NCBI RefSeq assembly: GCF_002113885.1
Contig: NW_018406002.1
Span: 353,958 to 417,957 of the forward strand
DNA from: Mizuhopecten yessoensis
Lineage: Eukaryota
Length of the DNA: 64,000 nucleotides
Direction: 5' to 3'
Made by a program: the position numbers and the translations under genes. Of the stretch, positions 38,232 to 52,142 are shown piece by piece; positions within the stretch are counted from its first letter, which is position 1, and each line of letters opens with the position of its first letter. The notes under the pieces are model-generated. The model did no database searches. It saw only the letters and a program-made list of their open reading frames with translations, and was not told where the DNA came from.

Positions 38232-39085
38232 TTCTAACTGGCCGTGGAGACGTCGAGCTTATGTTTCTATATGTAGTTGTTTATTCATATAATGTGCTTC
38301 TTAGAAGATTCAGGAAAGGTTTCAAAGGAACAGTCACAACATGGATACAGTTAAACTTTACAGATAAATTGTTTAATCAAGCACTGAGTGATTTTACTAT
38401 AGAAAATATCAATAATAATGCTTTTCCATCCTGGAAAAACGATGTGTCTTTTGGTGAGGGGTTTAATAGATACGCTCACCGTGACATAAGGAGAAGTTAT
38501 ATATAGGTAAATTTATCAAGACGAATAGGTCACCTCCGTGATTTGCTACTCACTCTACCGGAAGTCAGGATATTACTTCACTGACAACGTATATTTGATT
38601 AACGAACCGGATGAAAGGTTCCGTGACTGGCAAGAGGCCGGACAAATAACGTGACCCAATGTCTTGCACATCGTAGGAGGATGACCCTTCCAGTCCCAGA
38701 CGATATATGGGGAGCGTCTCAGAACATTGCCAATGTATATTGAATTTCAAAATGGAAGAGGAAATTGCGTGTCCGGGATTCGGACCGGACCTTATCATTA
38801 TTCGTTATCTTTATAGATCATTAACATTATTAGCTGAACTCGGTACGTGTTTTATTTCTGATTTCATACTACAATAGAAAAATAATGACAGTGTCAACTT
38901 GCAAGAAAGACAGTTGGAACTCTCAGCGATATGTTTTGTTACTTAAATTACGAATATAAAATCAGAGGAAAAGTAAGGGATTTTTAGTAAAATTCGATAT
39001 ATATATATATCCTATTGAGAATGAATAATGCAATATTATTTTCTTCGCTGTAAATCAATAATCCCTGAATGTCTTGGTTCCTTTA

Positions 39086-39222
39086 TGATAACTGCCACAG
39101 ACATTGGTATAAGATGGTGATCCCAGGGGTTTGAAGTCCTTACGTCGTTACCGTGATAACTGCCACAGACACTGTGTATAAGATGGTGATCCCAGGGCCG
39201 TGTAGTCCTTGCGTCGTTACCG
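39086..39222. repeat. ~68-bp tandem duplication
   Basis: tgataactgccacagaca...cgtcgttaccg occurs twice. Confidence 0.85.
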
Positions 39223-40918
39223 TATTTATATGTCAATCGGACAATAGAACCAAGTGAAAGCTTGTCCTGACAAGTGTGTATCGGTAATGTATTCAGTACG
39301 TAAAGGGTACATCTGTTTTACAGGGTAACAGAGGCATCAAATGTAACATTTCATAGAGTATAGGGAGTATCGTGTACTATGGACGCGTTAACATTAGGAT
39401 TTTTTGTTCATTTAATAAGAAATAGAGAAAATCACTATACAGTTTAATGAATAAGTGGAAAAAGAATGAATGCATTTTTCATAGAATAGTGAAAATAATC
39501 TTACCATATATAACCAGAAAACGCTATAATTGCGTGAAGTGTCTCATTCAAAAGCGCACACAGTTTCATTGTCCAGCGTGATGTCACCAGTATATGTTTA
39601 GATATATACACATGTATAAGTAAAATAAGGGTGGAACGTAGATTTTAAAGAGAGATGAAATATTCTTTTCATAATGTAATTCGACAACGGGTAGTATATT
39701 TCTTTCAGGAATTTATACATGAAATATATATATATGTCCAAAAAACAGATAAAATGTACATGTTTGAGAATACCATCAGTATGGAAATTATACGGAGTAA
39801 GAAAGGAATGACTCTGCATTTGTTGTGTAGCAGAAAGATGGAAAATGCATTTCACAGAGGGATACAATGAAAAGTTTACGGAGAAGTAAAGAAAGGTTAC
39901 ATTTCACAGAGTAAAAGAGAGATGAAATCTTTATTTCTTAGAATAACAAATGAAGTTAATATTCCATAGAGTAACATTCACATATAATGATAGCCATACT
40001 ATGTTAACTTAATGAAGCATACATCCTGAATTCTTACATAAATCAAAGGAACATTATAATAATACGATATATTCCTCAGGGAGAAAACTCAATTACAGAA
40101 CATAGATAATTTCTGTGTAAGGTAGTGATTCAAAATTATTTCTCAGAGTTATAAACTACGAAAAGATTAATATTTTGCAAACATCTACGAGAAATACAAT
40201 AAGTTGGGAATATATGTGGTAATGAATCAAGAAGCAGCTCTTTCATTGACATTTTAGGTTGATTGTTTTTCAGTTTTCTGATGATTTGATTTTGTCTTTG
40301 TTTGAATACATATAATAATTCGATAACCTTTATTGATAAAATCAGAACATTTACCTTATAGGGGTATTGGAAAAGCTTCGGGTATTTCCGTCATATTGTT
40401 GATGTTATCCGGGACCAATCATGACGTGACGTCAAAGTTAAATTATGGCGAAATCGTTTAAATTTGTTTCCGATTGACGATTTCTGATTGAGCTGCTGGT
40501 ACTGTAACTGTTGAAAACAAGATATTGCTCCCGCAATAATGGATGTTCCACCATTTGGAATAAAACATTTCAAATTTAGAGCAGTGTGGAGAATAGAGTT
40601 AATATGTGTGAATATTTTCATTAGTTTTCAAAAAATGAATTTTTATCCTTACATATTGTAAACTATATATGGACCAATATACTTCTACATCTTATTTTAT
40701 AATGGTAACATTCCTTTCATTTATCCTACCTTTTGGTTTGTAAACATTTGTAAATATTTCAGCTTCCCGTTCGTTTCAGGGTTATTTCATTTTAATACAA
40801 TTGAAGCCTAGTAAGCTTTTAATAATAAACTTAAGTTAATGTACAACTATTAGAAAACAAGTTTAATCAATTTATATTTATGACTCCTGTTGGCCCAGAT
40901 GGTAGCTAACAAAGAGTC

Positions 40919-41032
40919 TTAATGTGGAAGGTAAACGCAGTACCCTGAGAAACCCCACGCGGTAGGACATACGGTCCAATACCATGTTACGTCCGATAGG
41001 AGCATATAACGCCTTCGTCTCGGTGAAAGACA
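40919..41032 (-). mobile_element. Degenerate SINE fragment
   Basis: The minus strand reads cgcgtggggtttctcagggtactgcgtttaccttccaca, resembling the widespread SINE domain GTGGGTTTTCTCCGGGTACTCCGGTTTCCTCCCAC. A similar relic lies at ~36040-36145 (+). Confidence 0.55.
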
Positions 41033-42359
41033 TCTGTGGAAATGCATTAGATCATCTGCCCGACCAAGTATGAATAAGGAAGCTTCTTTTATTTCATAAA
41101 TCATAGATAAAGCTAGCGACTAATTCACATATCTCAAGTGTTAATGTATATCTGCCTCACGATAAAACAGCGATATTTGCAGAAAAATATTAATTAAATA
41201 AATCTAAGAAACAATCATGTAATGGAAATATGATGGTATGTTTAGGATACAGTATGGCTTTGATATCCACGATTCATAAAAGATAATATCATACACCATG
41301 TTCATTTTCTTTTAAATCTTAAATAATCGTACGTTTACTAGGAAATATTTCGCCCTTCACTGGTACATTGGGAGGTCCATACTCACCGAGTGTTTTGACA
41401 TTCACATGTAGTCGCTGTACTTATCAATTTGCCCTCATCATCACGGAAGTCGCAAGGCGGAGGTAAACTACGGCAAACATAATTATATAAGTCGCAGCAC
41501 TGCCGAATACATATTACTGTCAATATAGAACGAACATGTCAATTTACGTGCTCACTAGATATTGTATTCTTCCCAATCATCACTTTTATTGAGAACGTGT
41601 TATGTAATATGACATGGTAGATACCACCGTTTACGTACTTTTATGATATATATTTTATTATGACTGATTTCCTGTTTTGTGTACTGTGTTATATAAACAG
41701 TGACTTGATTCACGTGTTGATTATTAGAAAAGTGCGACTTTTGCACGGTGTAATATAATGTTTAGAATGCGATATACAACAAACCCAATATTTGACTAAC
41801 ATTATATTATTGTATATTATAAGCTTATGAATATTTTTGTGAATAATCGGAATAAAGTGTTTCTCAAAAACAGTTTAGTTTTATTTTTGACATTTAAAAC
41901 ATAATCTTATAGTTCCTATGCAGAGTTAAAAACTCAAAAACTGAGGAGGCACCAATACAAAAGGAAGGACTTTATAACCCACGCAAAAGGAAGTACTTTA
42001 TAACCCCCAAAATAAAAGGAAGGACTTAATAACCCCCGCAAAAGGACAGCACGTGAAACAAGAGGATGAGAGGGACTTCACTGATAGAAAGTGGTATCTA
42101 TCCAAAATCAGAACAAGCCTAAAGTAACTTATCAAATGTCACATGTAAATCCCATGAGCCGGGGAGGCTAGCATTGTGTTACTGAGAAAGATAAAGACAG
42201 CCAACATGAAATTAGTCACGATTTTGATAGAGGTCCAGAACGAGATGACTTTTGTTATGTATTTCCATCTTGTTTACAATTTTGACTATTTGGGTATTTC
42301 TTCTTTATCACCAAAAAATAAACAAAACAGTAAAAAAACCCAAAAAAACTGTTCCTTAC

Positions 42360-42670
42360 GGGACCATATGGAATTAGTGACAATAATGGGGTCGTTGTTA
42401 TCAGTTTCCTCGTCATTCCTTGCTAGTTTGTTAGCATGTAGTAGGTCATTCTAATCAGTTTAATCAGCATATGTCATTGTTATATGTCAGCGTAATAAAC
42501 ACATTCTTTTTAACCACATTTAAGTGTATCAATAAAATTCAAATTCAAAATTAGATTATTCCAAAATCTTACTCTCGGATCGAGAACGACTTCGTAGTGA
42601 TCTGAGAAAGGTTTTCTCATTTCAGAATGCATTTTGTCATAAAGAACGTCTGCTCGAGCAAGGTGACGTC
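42360..42670 (-). pseudogene. Two phase-compatible exons of an unidentified spliced gene or transposon relic (42573-42670, 42360-42450)
   Basis: Splice signals tttcag|...|gtaaga and gattag|...|gtaagg. Joined translation RHLARADVLYDKMHSEMRKPFSDHYEVVLDPR-NDLLHANKLARNDEETDNNDPIIVTNSIWS. Confidence 0.4.
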
Positions 42671-45600
42671 CTGAAACGGAAAAAACATCCACACAAATGT
42701 GTTCTACGTAAGAAAATAGTCCGTCGTTAACAAACCATTATCTGATTACGGAAATGTGCATAAAGGGAGGCCAATGACAATACTACTGTTTAAAAAGATC
42801 CTTTTTGCATATTTGTAAGCTTCATTGTATTCTTCTTGATACATCTTCTATTTGTTTACGCTTGTAGCAGACCGATGATGCCGATGTTCACTATGCCAAC
42901 ACGTCAGTTGGGAGATTTTGTATTTAGCTGACTGGTAGCATATAGATGATAATCATTTCATAACATTTTTTTCCGGGTTTATTCTCACGACAGACCCCCA
43001 AAACCCAGTGGAATAATCTATAATACTAAATCACAATAGAATCATAAGACTAGACCTTTGTTGTCCGCCTTACATTCCTCGAGTTGGTTGGCGACCCCCG
43101 GATGAGTGCTACATTTAGTTCAAGAAATATGTTTCCTAGGTAACCACTGTTTTTGCCTTTGTTTTTGTTTTTGGCTTTTAGATGTTTCCTTTTCCTTTTC
43201 GATTACTTTTATTGATAACATTTTGGTAAATATTGAATTCTTACGAAGATTTGTTGGACACGATACGAATTTAAAAATGAGTACAAGAGTCGTTCAATCA
43301 ATACTGCCTCTAGTCTCAGAAATAACATGCATGGTGTATATCGTTTTCTTTCTATTACAAACATTCGAAGAATACACCCCCCTCCCCCCTTGCAGAAAAG
43401 CACTTTCGCAGTGGTGACCCTAAATCTGCGTGATAATCTCCCCTTGGTATACTGGCTAGACACCGGAGGGTTGGCATGTACAATATATGTACCTAGCTGT
43501 TGCTTTTGTTGGATGAAGCATTGTCATGAGACAACAATGACTTGGTGAATTCTTGTCGGATTATGTCATTATTTTGCACCTGCATTGATTTTCAAATGCT
43601 TTTGCAGTGTGCCAAGGCGCTATGCCCGTTAGTTTAGAAGCTGTGTGGGGACATAATTGATTTAATGGCCCTCGTATGTTGGCCAAGGACATAATAACCA
43701 CAGTGTCAACATCTTAGGTTGTCAAATCAAGACATCTACACAGAGAAATACAACATAGTTACATTATATAAGAGAAAATTGACATAAATTATAACTCGTC
43801 GACTAATATAAGCAGAAGGTAAAATACATCCCTACTTAGTCTCCTTAACTAGTCCCCCTGATGAATGTTCGCTGGTGATGTCGTTTATCGACCGCAATAG
43901 GGACATGATCTCAATGGTTTATAGCACCGCATGTCTGTCCATGTTTATTTCCGCTCCGTCGACTTCCATGCCCCCTGCGAACCCATTTCCACTGTCTTTG
44001 GTAGGTTGTGTTTTCTTTTCTGCGGACTTGCCCAATAACCATAGGTCTTTTCCCCTTATTGTCGTCGATGTAATATCTATTCACAGATCAGGAATTTAAA
44101 TATTTCATATATCTGTCAACGGAAAATTTAATCAAGGAATAAATATGATGTATATTTTTCAGTTAAGGTTTTCTTCGTGATGTTTATGATTGATCTAAAT
44201 AAAAAGCGTCTTCATGCACTAACGGAAAGTATAAAGTATAAGTATGAGACCTTAAAGTATCACTTCACTTGTTGTACCTGTTGGTCAAGTGCATTGTAAC
44301 AAGCTGTAACACATATACGTGTCTGTTGAACTCAAATGGAGTAAATATTCTGTCTAAGCTCTAATAAGGTTTGATAAATTGCCATAATATTGGGACAAAA
44401 ATAAGGTTTGATCGTTTGTCATAATTTGGGACAAAAATGGGATGTTGTACTGAGCTGCGGTTTTCTATTTGCAATAGAACACCAAATTGAATCAGAATTC
44501 TGTCACTTTAAGGACATATATCCTACGTAATGTACCATAAAGTGTAAGGAATGGCCGGTCGCCTTACATTTGTATTCATTAGGGCCCATTTCTGGGTCTG
44601 CTTCCTACGTGATCGACGTCCGGGATAGTACTTCTGTCACTGACACGTTTGTGTCGCCAGTTTATTTGCAAAACTTGCTCGACGGTCTAGTTAGCTTGCA
44701 TTGTCACATACATGTATGTTTAACCTAGCAGGAATGTTTCATGGAGGTATAACTGAAGAAAGGCAAACGTTTTACTTTATGAGTGAAAACGATCGTAAAC
44801 AAGAGTACCGAATACGGACTTGGCTTACCCCCTTAACCGAGATGTAATAAAACCTATGCCAACTCCACGCCACGGTGATATAACGACACTATGTATTGTT
44901 GTTGCCTATGATCATCTTTGGGCAGTATATATTGTTATACTCTATGAATACATATTTAAGAGAACAAAGACAGTTTTTAGAATAACGTAATTGTTTTACC
45001 ACCTCCTTCCGATATTTCACCACGGAAGTTGATAAGTGTAAGATAAACAGCAATACGTCAGGCCCTGTCTCGATCAGGCCGTGGGGACAACATGCTAGGG
45101 CCAGTGCTCATTCTGTGATGATTGATGTTTGTCTGGAATCGTCGAAGGTAATTAGGAGAGATAAAGCACCTCATTAGCCTTTGAGCAATGGATGACACAT
45201 AAGTTTACAGTACGTTGGAGGAGGACATGATAAATACAGCGTAACACAGCAGTGGCCATGTTTATGAAAGGCAATATATGATATAAAAAATGAATATATT
45301 TCAAATATAGATATATAAACAATTAGTCATACACAAATTGATTTGAAAACAAGTGATTTATTTTTATTTTTATACCAGTCGTTTATATCTAAACAGCTGC
45401 TCAGAAGCAAATAGTCGTTTTTGAAAACCTCGACCTTTGCCTAATTCTATAGTATTGCACTGTAAACGACTTTATAGCAGCTGTTTTGTATGCATCGAAA
45501 ATGAATTATATTTACTTAAAAAATAGAAAACTCCTTCAGATGTTTAAATACAACGTACGACAAGAGCTCAAGTAATCATAATTCCGCATATAATGTACTG

Positions 45601-46167
45601 AAAATACGCATTTAATCATACTTTAAGCAAGAAAATAAAGACTTATTCAAATTTTCAGCTTTATGATTATAATTAAATTTTACTTAAATATGTTCATCTT
45701 CCAAAGAAATTATTACGAAGAAAGATAATTAACTGTTTATGTCACGTGCAATTTCTAAATCTAAACGATTGACACAAGGATACTGAGACGCGATTCATGA
45801 TTCAACAGTGCACAGTACTTTTGACAATCATTCTGCTATTTACAGCATTACGCTATATTGGTTTCGTGTTTTTCCTGTAGAAAAATCAACTAACTTGTTG
45901 TCGTTATGGGGAATGCTGTTAATCCTTTAACAGTTTTCGTCCGAAAAGTTTCTGGCCTCTCGACCAAGCATACCTGGCTATTCGGCTCGGTCAAGAAACA
46001 CTCTGGATGTTGTCGTCACAGGAATTGTATTCAAAGGCGCAGAAACTTGGTTAATGTTGACATACTATATATAAGGTGACAAGGATATGAAAAATACCGA
46101 TAAGACACTTTACATGACCCTTACAATGACAATGATCACATTGCGCGGGTGCAATAGTAATGAACGA

Positions 46168-46440
46168 TGTTTTGGTTTTAGTTTGGTTTTATTTTTTTAA
46201 CGTCTCCATGTGTTTAAAGTATGTGTGCTTGTGTGTATGTGCTTGTGTGTATGTGTGCTTGTGTGTATGTGTGCTTGAAGCAGGTTATGCTAATGTATTT
46301 GCCACCTTGCGATAGCGCGGATCTGATGTCGACTACAGAGTGATACCTCACTGAAATATCATGCCGACGGCAACCATCACAGTAATTAAAACCGATACAT
46401 TATACTGACAACGGATAAACCAGTTTTTCGATAACCTTAT
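46168..46440 (-). mobile_element. Probable SINE fragment with a simple-repeat tract
   Basis: cattatactgacaacggataaaccagt motif, (GTTTT)-type tail and an internal TG-rich microsatellite. Confidence 0.4.
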
Positions 46441-46917
46441 ATGTTCAAGAATCCATTTTGGCTAAAGCTCAACACGAAGGTTAAAAGTGAGATATTGCCA
46501 AGGAAGGCACACGGAAACAAAAAGGAAGTAGAAAATAACAATAAGATTCAAAATGCTACAATGGTGGATGCAGATCATTTCAATGTCTACGAAGCAGAAG
46601 GCACACAAGAAATCCCCAATTCTGCAGGGGGCCTCTACATGTATCGCCCTTTATGACATGTACTGGACTACAGCGGGCCTTTTCTTTCCCCGTGCCTGCA
46701 GTGGAGGACTAAGGATCACTGTATGGTTTTTATTTTGAAACTTCTATGCTACTCGACAGACGAATGACGAGCTACGTTCCGACATGTTCGAACAGTAAGA
46801 TCCTTTCGATTTTCCGTATCAAAATATTGAGGTGTTTTTCTCATTTGACTTTTCTCTCATTCTGTACCACTTGTTAGTGTATGTCTGCCTCAGGTTGTGA
46901 AATGTGTTTATAGATGT

Positions 46918-47187
46918 TTATGCGATGCTCCTCATGCTGAAAAGGTAGCCCCGCGATGTGCCAGATATATATTGTCTGCCTATTGAAGGGTGTCCCTCGA
47001 GGATATTCAACTTACGGACAAAACACACCAAAGGTTTACACTTCTCATAGAAAAAGCGAAGATCCTCCCCTTTGTGCTCACTCAAAATATGGTTTTCCAG
47101 ACCGCCCATGTATCCCCAGCCATATCCAACATGAACTAACTTGACCCTTTTCCTTTCGTCCTCCTGTGACAGTTGTAAACACAGCAC
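46918..47187 (-). pseudogene. Possible degenerate C2H2 zinc-finger fragment
   Basis: GLENHILSEHKGEDLRFFYEKC has L-x2-H-x4-H followed by F-x-(C>Y)-x2-C spacing. The other zinc ligands are lost. Confidence 0.25.
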
Positions 47188-47680
47188 TCACCGAGTCTTC
47201 CTATCGGACCACTATTTTCCTGTTGCCACTCACTTCACACCCGATAAACGTGTTAACTGGACTCCCACTGTACGGCGTGAATGAATAAAGATGTCTAGAA
47301 GTTAGGGACACCGTTATTTTGGATGTTTATGTCTTCACTACACAATGGCCAGGTTAGAAACACGAATTTTGACTCGTGCGACTCAGTGTCTTCGCCTATA
47401 CACTTCTTACACAGCGTATATACTCAGTTAAGTAGACAGTATTAATTAAACTATTCAAACATATGCCACATTTGTAAAATTATGTTATCCCTTCAGACGT
47501 GGAACAGCCTTTCTCCGCCATGTGTATGTCTAGTATTACATTAAAATGCCAATCTCATGCTTGACGGTTCTAATGTCTACTTACTATCTAGACGATAACG
47601 GTTATGTATTAGTGTACGGTTATGCTCCCTTTGTAATCATATGACCTCAAACTTGTATTGGATACCAACTGTCTAAAACG

Positions 47681-49170
47681 ACAGTAAAACCTGCCCTTGT
47701 CCACACGCGTCTATAACTACAGTCAACCCTACCTTTGTTTCCACCTGCCTATAACTACAATAAAACCTACCCTTGTCCACACGCGTCTCTAACTACAGTC
47801 AAACCTACCTTTGTTTCCCCCTGCCTATAACTACAATAAAACCTATTCTAGTCCACACCTGTCTATAACTACAGTCAAACCTCCCTTTGTTTCCCCCTGC
47901 CTATAACTACAATAAAACCTACCCTTGTCCACACGCGTCTATAACTACCGTCAAACCTACCTTTGTTTCCACCTGCCTATAACTACAATAAAACCTATTC
48001 TAGTCCACACCTGTCTATAACTACAGTCAAACCTACCTTTGTTTCAATCTGCCTATAACTACAATAAAACCTACCCTTGTCCACACGCGTCTCTAACTAC
48101 AGTCAAACCTACCTTTGTTTCCACCTGCCTATAACTACAATAAAACCTGCCCTTGTCCACACGCGTCTATAACTACACTCAAACCTACCTTTGTTTCCAC
48201 CTGCCTATAACTACAATAAAACCTCCCCTTGTCCACACGCGTCTATAACTACAGTCAACCCTACCTTTGTTTCCACCTGCCTATAACTACAATAAAACCT
48301 CCCCTTGTCCACACGCGTCTATAACTACAGCCAAACCTGCCTTTGTTTCCCCCTGCCTATAACTACAATAAAACCTCCCCTTGTCCACACGCGTCTATAA
48401 CTACAGCCAAACCTGCCTTTGTTTCCCCCTGCCTATAACTACAATAAAACCTCCCCTTGTCCACACGCGTCTATAACTACAGCCAAACCTGCCTTTGTTT
48501 CCCCCTGCCTATAACTACAATAAACCCTGCCCTTGTCCACACCTGTCTATAACTACATTCAAACCTACCTTTGTTCCCACCTGCCTATAACTACAATAAA
48601 ACCTACCCTTGTCCACACGCGTCTCTAACTACAGTCAAACCTACCTTTGTTTCCCCCTGCCTATAACTACAATAAAACCTGCCCTTGTCCACACCTGTCT
48701 ATAACTACATTCAACCCTACCTTTGTTTCCACCTGCCTATAACTACAATAAAACCTCCCCTTGTCCACACGCGTCTATAACTACAGTCAACCCTACCTTT
48801 GTTTCCACCTGCCTATAACTACAATAAAACCTATTCTTGTCCACACCTGTCTATAACTACAGTCAAACCTACATTTGTCACCATCTGTCTATAACTACAG
48901 TCAAACCTACATTTGATAACTACAGTCAAACCTACCCTTGTCCACACCTGTCTATAACTACAGCCAATCTTGTATTGGAGACCAACTGTCTATAACTACA
49001 GTCAAACCTACCTTGTGTCGCCACCTGTCTATAACTAGAGCGAAACTTATATTTGAGACCACCAGTATATAACTATAACCAAATTTACCATAGAGACAAA
49101 CTATTTAAAAACTACAAAACCTACCTTTGTGACAGCATATCTATAGCTACAGTCAACCCTACCTTTGCAG
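47681..49170. repeat. 38-bp satellite organised as a 76-bp dimer, degenerating at the right edge
   Basis: Alternating CAGTCAAACCTACCTTTGTTTCCACCTGCCTATAACTA and CAATAAAACCTACCCTTGTCCACACGCGTCTATAACTA. Confidence 0.95.
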
Positions 49171-49279
49171 GTTATAGATAGGTATATATATCTGCCCATA
49201 CATGTAATTTAAGTCTAACCTACTTTTCTTGCAATTATTGTTACACTGTAATAATCTAAGTCAATCCTGTCCATAGCTA

Positions 49280-49812
49280 CCACCTGTCTATAAATACAGG
49301 TTTTTAGTTACGTTCTCTATAAATGCTGTCAAACAGGTTTATAATTATCCCCTGTCTATTTATAATGTCAAACATTTACATAGTTTTCACCTGCTTATAA
49401 ATAGTATCAAACAGGTCTATATCTATCACCTGCCTATAGTCTATAATTTTAACCTGTCTGTTAATACTGTCATCAGACTGATTATTATTACCTGTCTATA
49501 GTATATAAATGTAACCTTTCTATAAATACTGTCATGCAGGCTGATGAGTATTACCTGTCTATAGTATATAAATGTACCCTTTCTATAAATACTGTCATCA
49601 GGCTGATTATTATTACCTGTCTATAGTATATAAATGTAACCTTTCTATAAATACTGTCATGCAGGCTGATGATTATAACCTTTCTATAAATACTGTCAAT
49701 ATGCAGATTATTATAATCTTTCTATGAATACTGTCAATATGTTGATAATTATAAAAATTCTACGAATACTGTCAATAGGCTGATTATTATAACCTTTCTA
49801 TAAATACTGTCA
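49280..49812. repeat. Degenerate tandem repeat with a CTATAAATACTGTCA core
   Basis: Recurrent acct(g/t)tctataaatactgtca...gattattat units. Confidence 0.75.
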
Positions 49813-51211
49813 ACAAACAAAGGGTAAACACGATGCACAATATGGCAATATCTTAAATGTGTTACTCAGCAGTAGTTTATGTGTAATAACTATATGAATT
49901 ACGAAGTAATGGAACAATTAGTATGATGATTCAGAAAACCAAACATATTAAATACAAACCCCGTTTTCAATTTGCAATGGCAATTATTTGTTTCCGCTCT
50001 TTTGTTTATCCCTTAGTTAGAAACGGTTTTCCTCTTCCAACATAACATGTTCATAAAAGCAGCAGTCTCTTTTCCAGTATGAGGCTTCAAACCAACAAAG
50101 CAAGCTGGAAACGTGCTTTTCGGAAGAAATTGTCGATTCAATCTGAAGTCTGGTTACATCTTTTCCTTTTACTCTCTGGTGATGATGTGATATCAAAGTG
50201 AAAGTTTTATCTAGGTTAATAAAATAAAGCTTGGCCGTGTTCCCTGTGCTAAAATAGAGTTAAAAATCATTTTCCTATTTAATGAAAGAGTGCATCATTT
50301 TTGGGAAACTCATGATTTACTTTTTCAAAATATTGATTATATAAGTGGTCGACTAAAGAATTACAACAGAGCGTAAATTAAAACGAAGCAAAGAAGAACT
50401 CCAGTCGATATGGAAATCAAATCGTAGGGAAAATCATTATATACTTATAACTGTTGGGTGTTCAATAGACCGAAGGCAATAGTTTGTTGCCTCGGGTAAT
50501 ATATCATGTTTCAGGGTGACAAATCCGCATGTCACACTTATATGAGTTAATTAGTTGTATAGGAATTTGTTTACTTACTCTAAAGGAAAACATTCCGGTC
50601 TACTGTGTACTCTTTCAGGAAATAACTGTTTGATTTCCTGATTGTTGTTTCTACACTAAACAGAAAGAGAGTAAGAGTAGTTATTCCAGATAAGTAAATC
50701 GAATATCGAACAGACAGATATATTCAAAGTGTGAAGAAGTGAATTGTGCAATAGTTAGATTGAATGCAAAGTTCTGTTCCTAGAGGACCGTTTACTAACG
50801 TGCCAGGTGTATTTTAATTTATATTTATCCAAACAATATTACTTTTTTTTTTATCTTTGTTTTAAATGCATTACACTGTATCGTTAACTCAGTAATAGTT
50901 AGCTGAACCTTTTGACCGGTCGGATTGCTAGACGTGTCCAAGGTCAAAGGGGCAGAAAATCCTGTGACAGTGAAAGCATTGTTCTAATATATATACACTA
51001 TCCAAAAAGGAGGATTTTCTGATACCTGATCCAAAATCAAGGTAAACAAATGTGCTTAACCAACGATCCAAGACGCAACTTAAACATTGTATTAGCTTTG
51101 GCGATAAGTTAATTCACATGAACCAATATAGTTGTAATACCTCTATAACAATCACCACCTGGCATCGGTACCGGAAACACGTACACATATAACTACCGTC
51201 CTTTTTTATAC

Positions 51212-51450
51212 ACAGTGACCAATTATTCAATCATTAACTACGAAGACACACTGGCCGATTTTTAATCTTTAATTATTTGCGTCACAGAGACCAAATATTC
51301 AGTGATCAACTTTCCTAGATTCAGTGACCAATTATTTTTCGTTGACTGCTTTACACACAGTGACCAATTTTAAATCATTAACTATCTCAGCCACAGTGAC
51401 CAATTATTTGATAATAAACTATCTAAATCAGAGTGACCAATTATTTAACT
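51212..51450. repeat. Degenerate ~40-bp repeat with a CAGTGACCAATTATT core
   Basis: The motif recurs about 6 times. Confidence 0.6.
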
Positions 51451-52088
51451 ATGTTAGGCACAGTGAATACATATAGTTAATCATAGTGGAAACTGCAGTC
51501 CAATAGTTGTATACGGATCTAGTTATAATGTTAATCCGTATAATGCCTATCGTGGATGAAAGCTTCATCATCCGATACTTAGGAAGGTGAGCATAATAGT
51601 TCTGAATCAGAAAACAGTTAAATTGCTGTTCACCGTTTTGAGGTAAGACCACGGAAACTGGCGACCTGCTATTGTAAAATACAGCAACCATAAAATTGAG
51701 CAGTATATAAATAGACACTGACCTTGAAATTGAAGACTACTTTGTTATATAACCAGGTAATCGACTTCGTAATATCAAGGTACTTTTGTTAAACATACAA
51801 GACATTACATATGTTAATGTCTGCAACTTAAAATACACGTTAAAGTCTTATTCTCGTGTGTTTTACATGTTAATGTGAAATGATGCAGTTATCATGGATC
51901 CCAAGATGCACACAGTGTAAGTGAGTGTTCCAGATCCTGTTACTCAACTTATTTGCAGCTTGCATAACGGAGAGAAGGTAAATCTCGGCATTCTTGTACT
52001 GTACGATAAACGATCTACATGTAAGCTCAATACACAGTCACCGAGTTCTACTCACGGAACCCCTTCCAAGCATTCAGCCCTTGGTACC

Positions 52089-52142
52089 ATTATATGTCTT
52101 GGTTTGCTTTTAAGTGGCAACGTAGAAATCAACCCTGGTCCT
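52089..52142 (+). other. 2A-like (StopGo) peptide ...IICLGLLLSGNVEINPG|P
   Basis: Matches (G)D(V/I)ExNPGP except for D>N, is preceded by a hydrophobic LLLS helix, and lies directly before the APE domain. Confidence 0.8.

Noticed and set aside
51476-51486. aatcat as the LINE target-site duplication (also at ~59233)
   Set aside because: Too short and AT-rich to separate from chance, so the LINE 5' end was left undefined.
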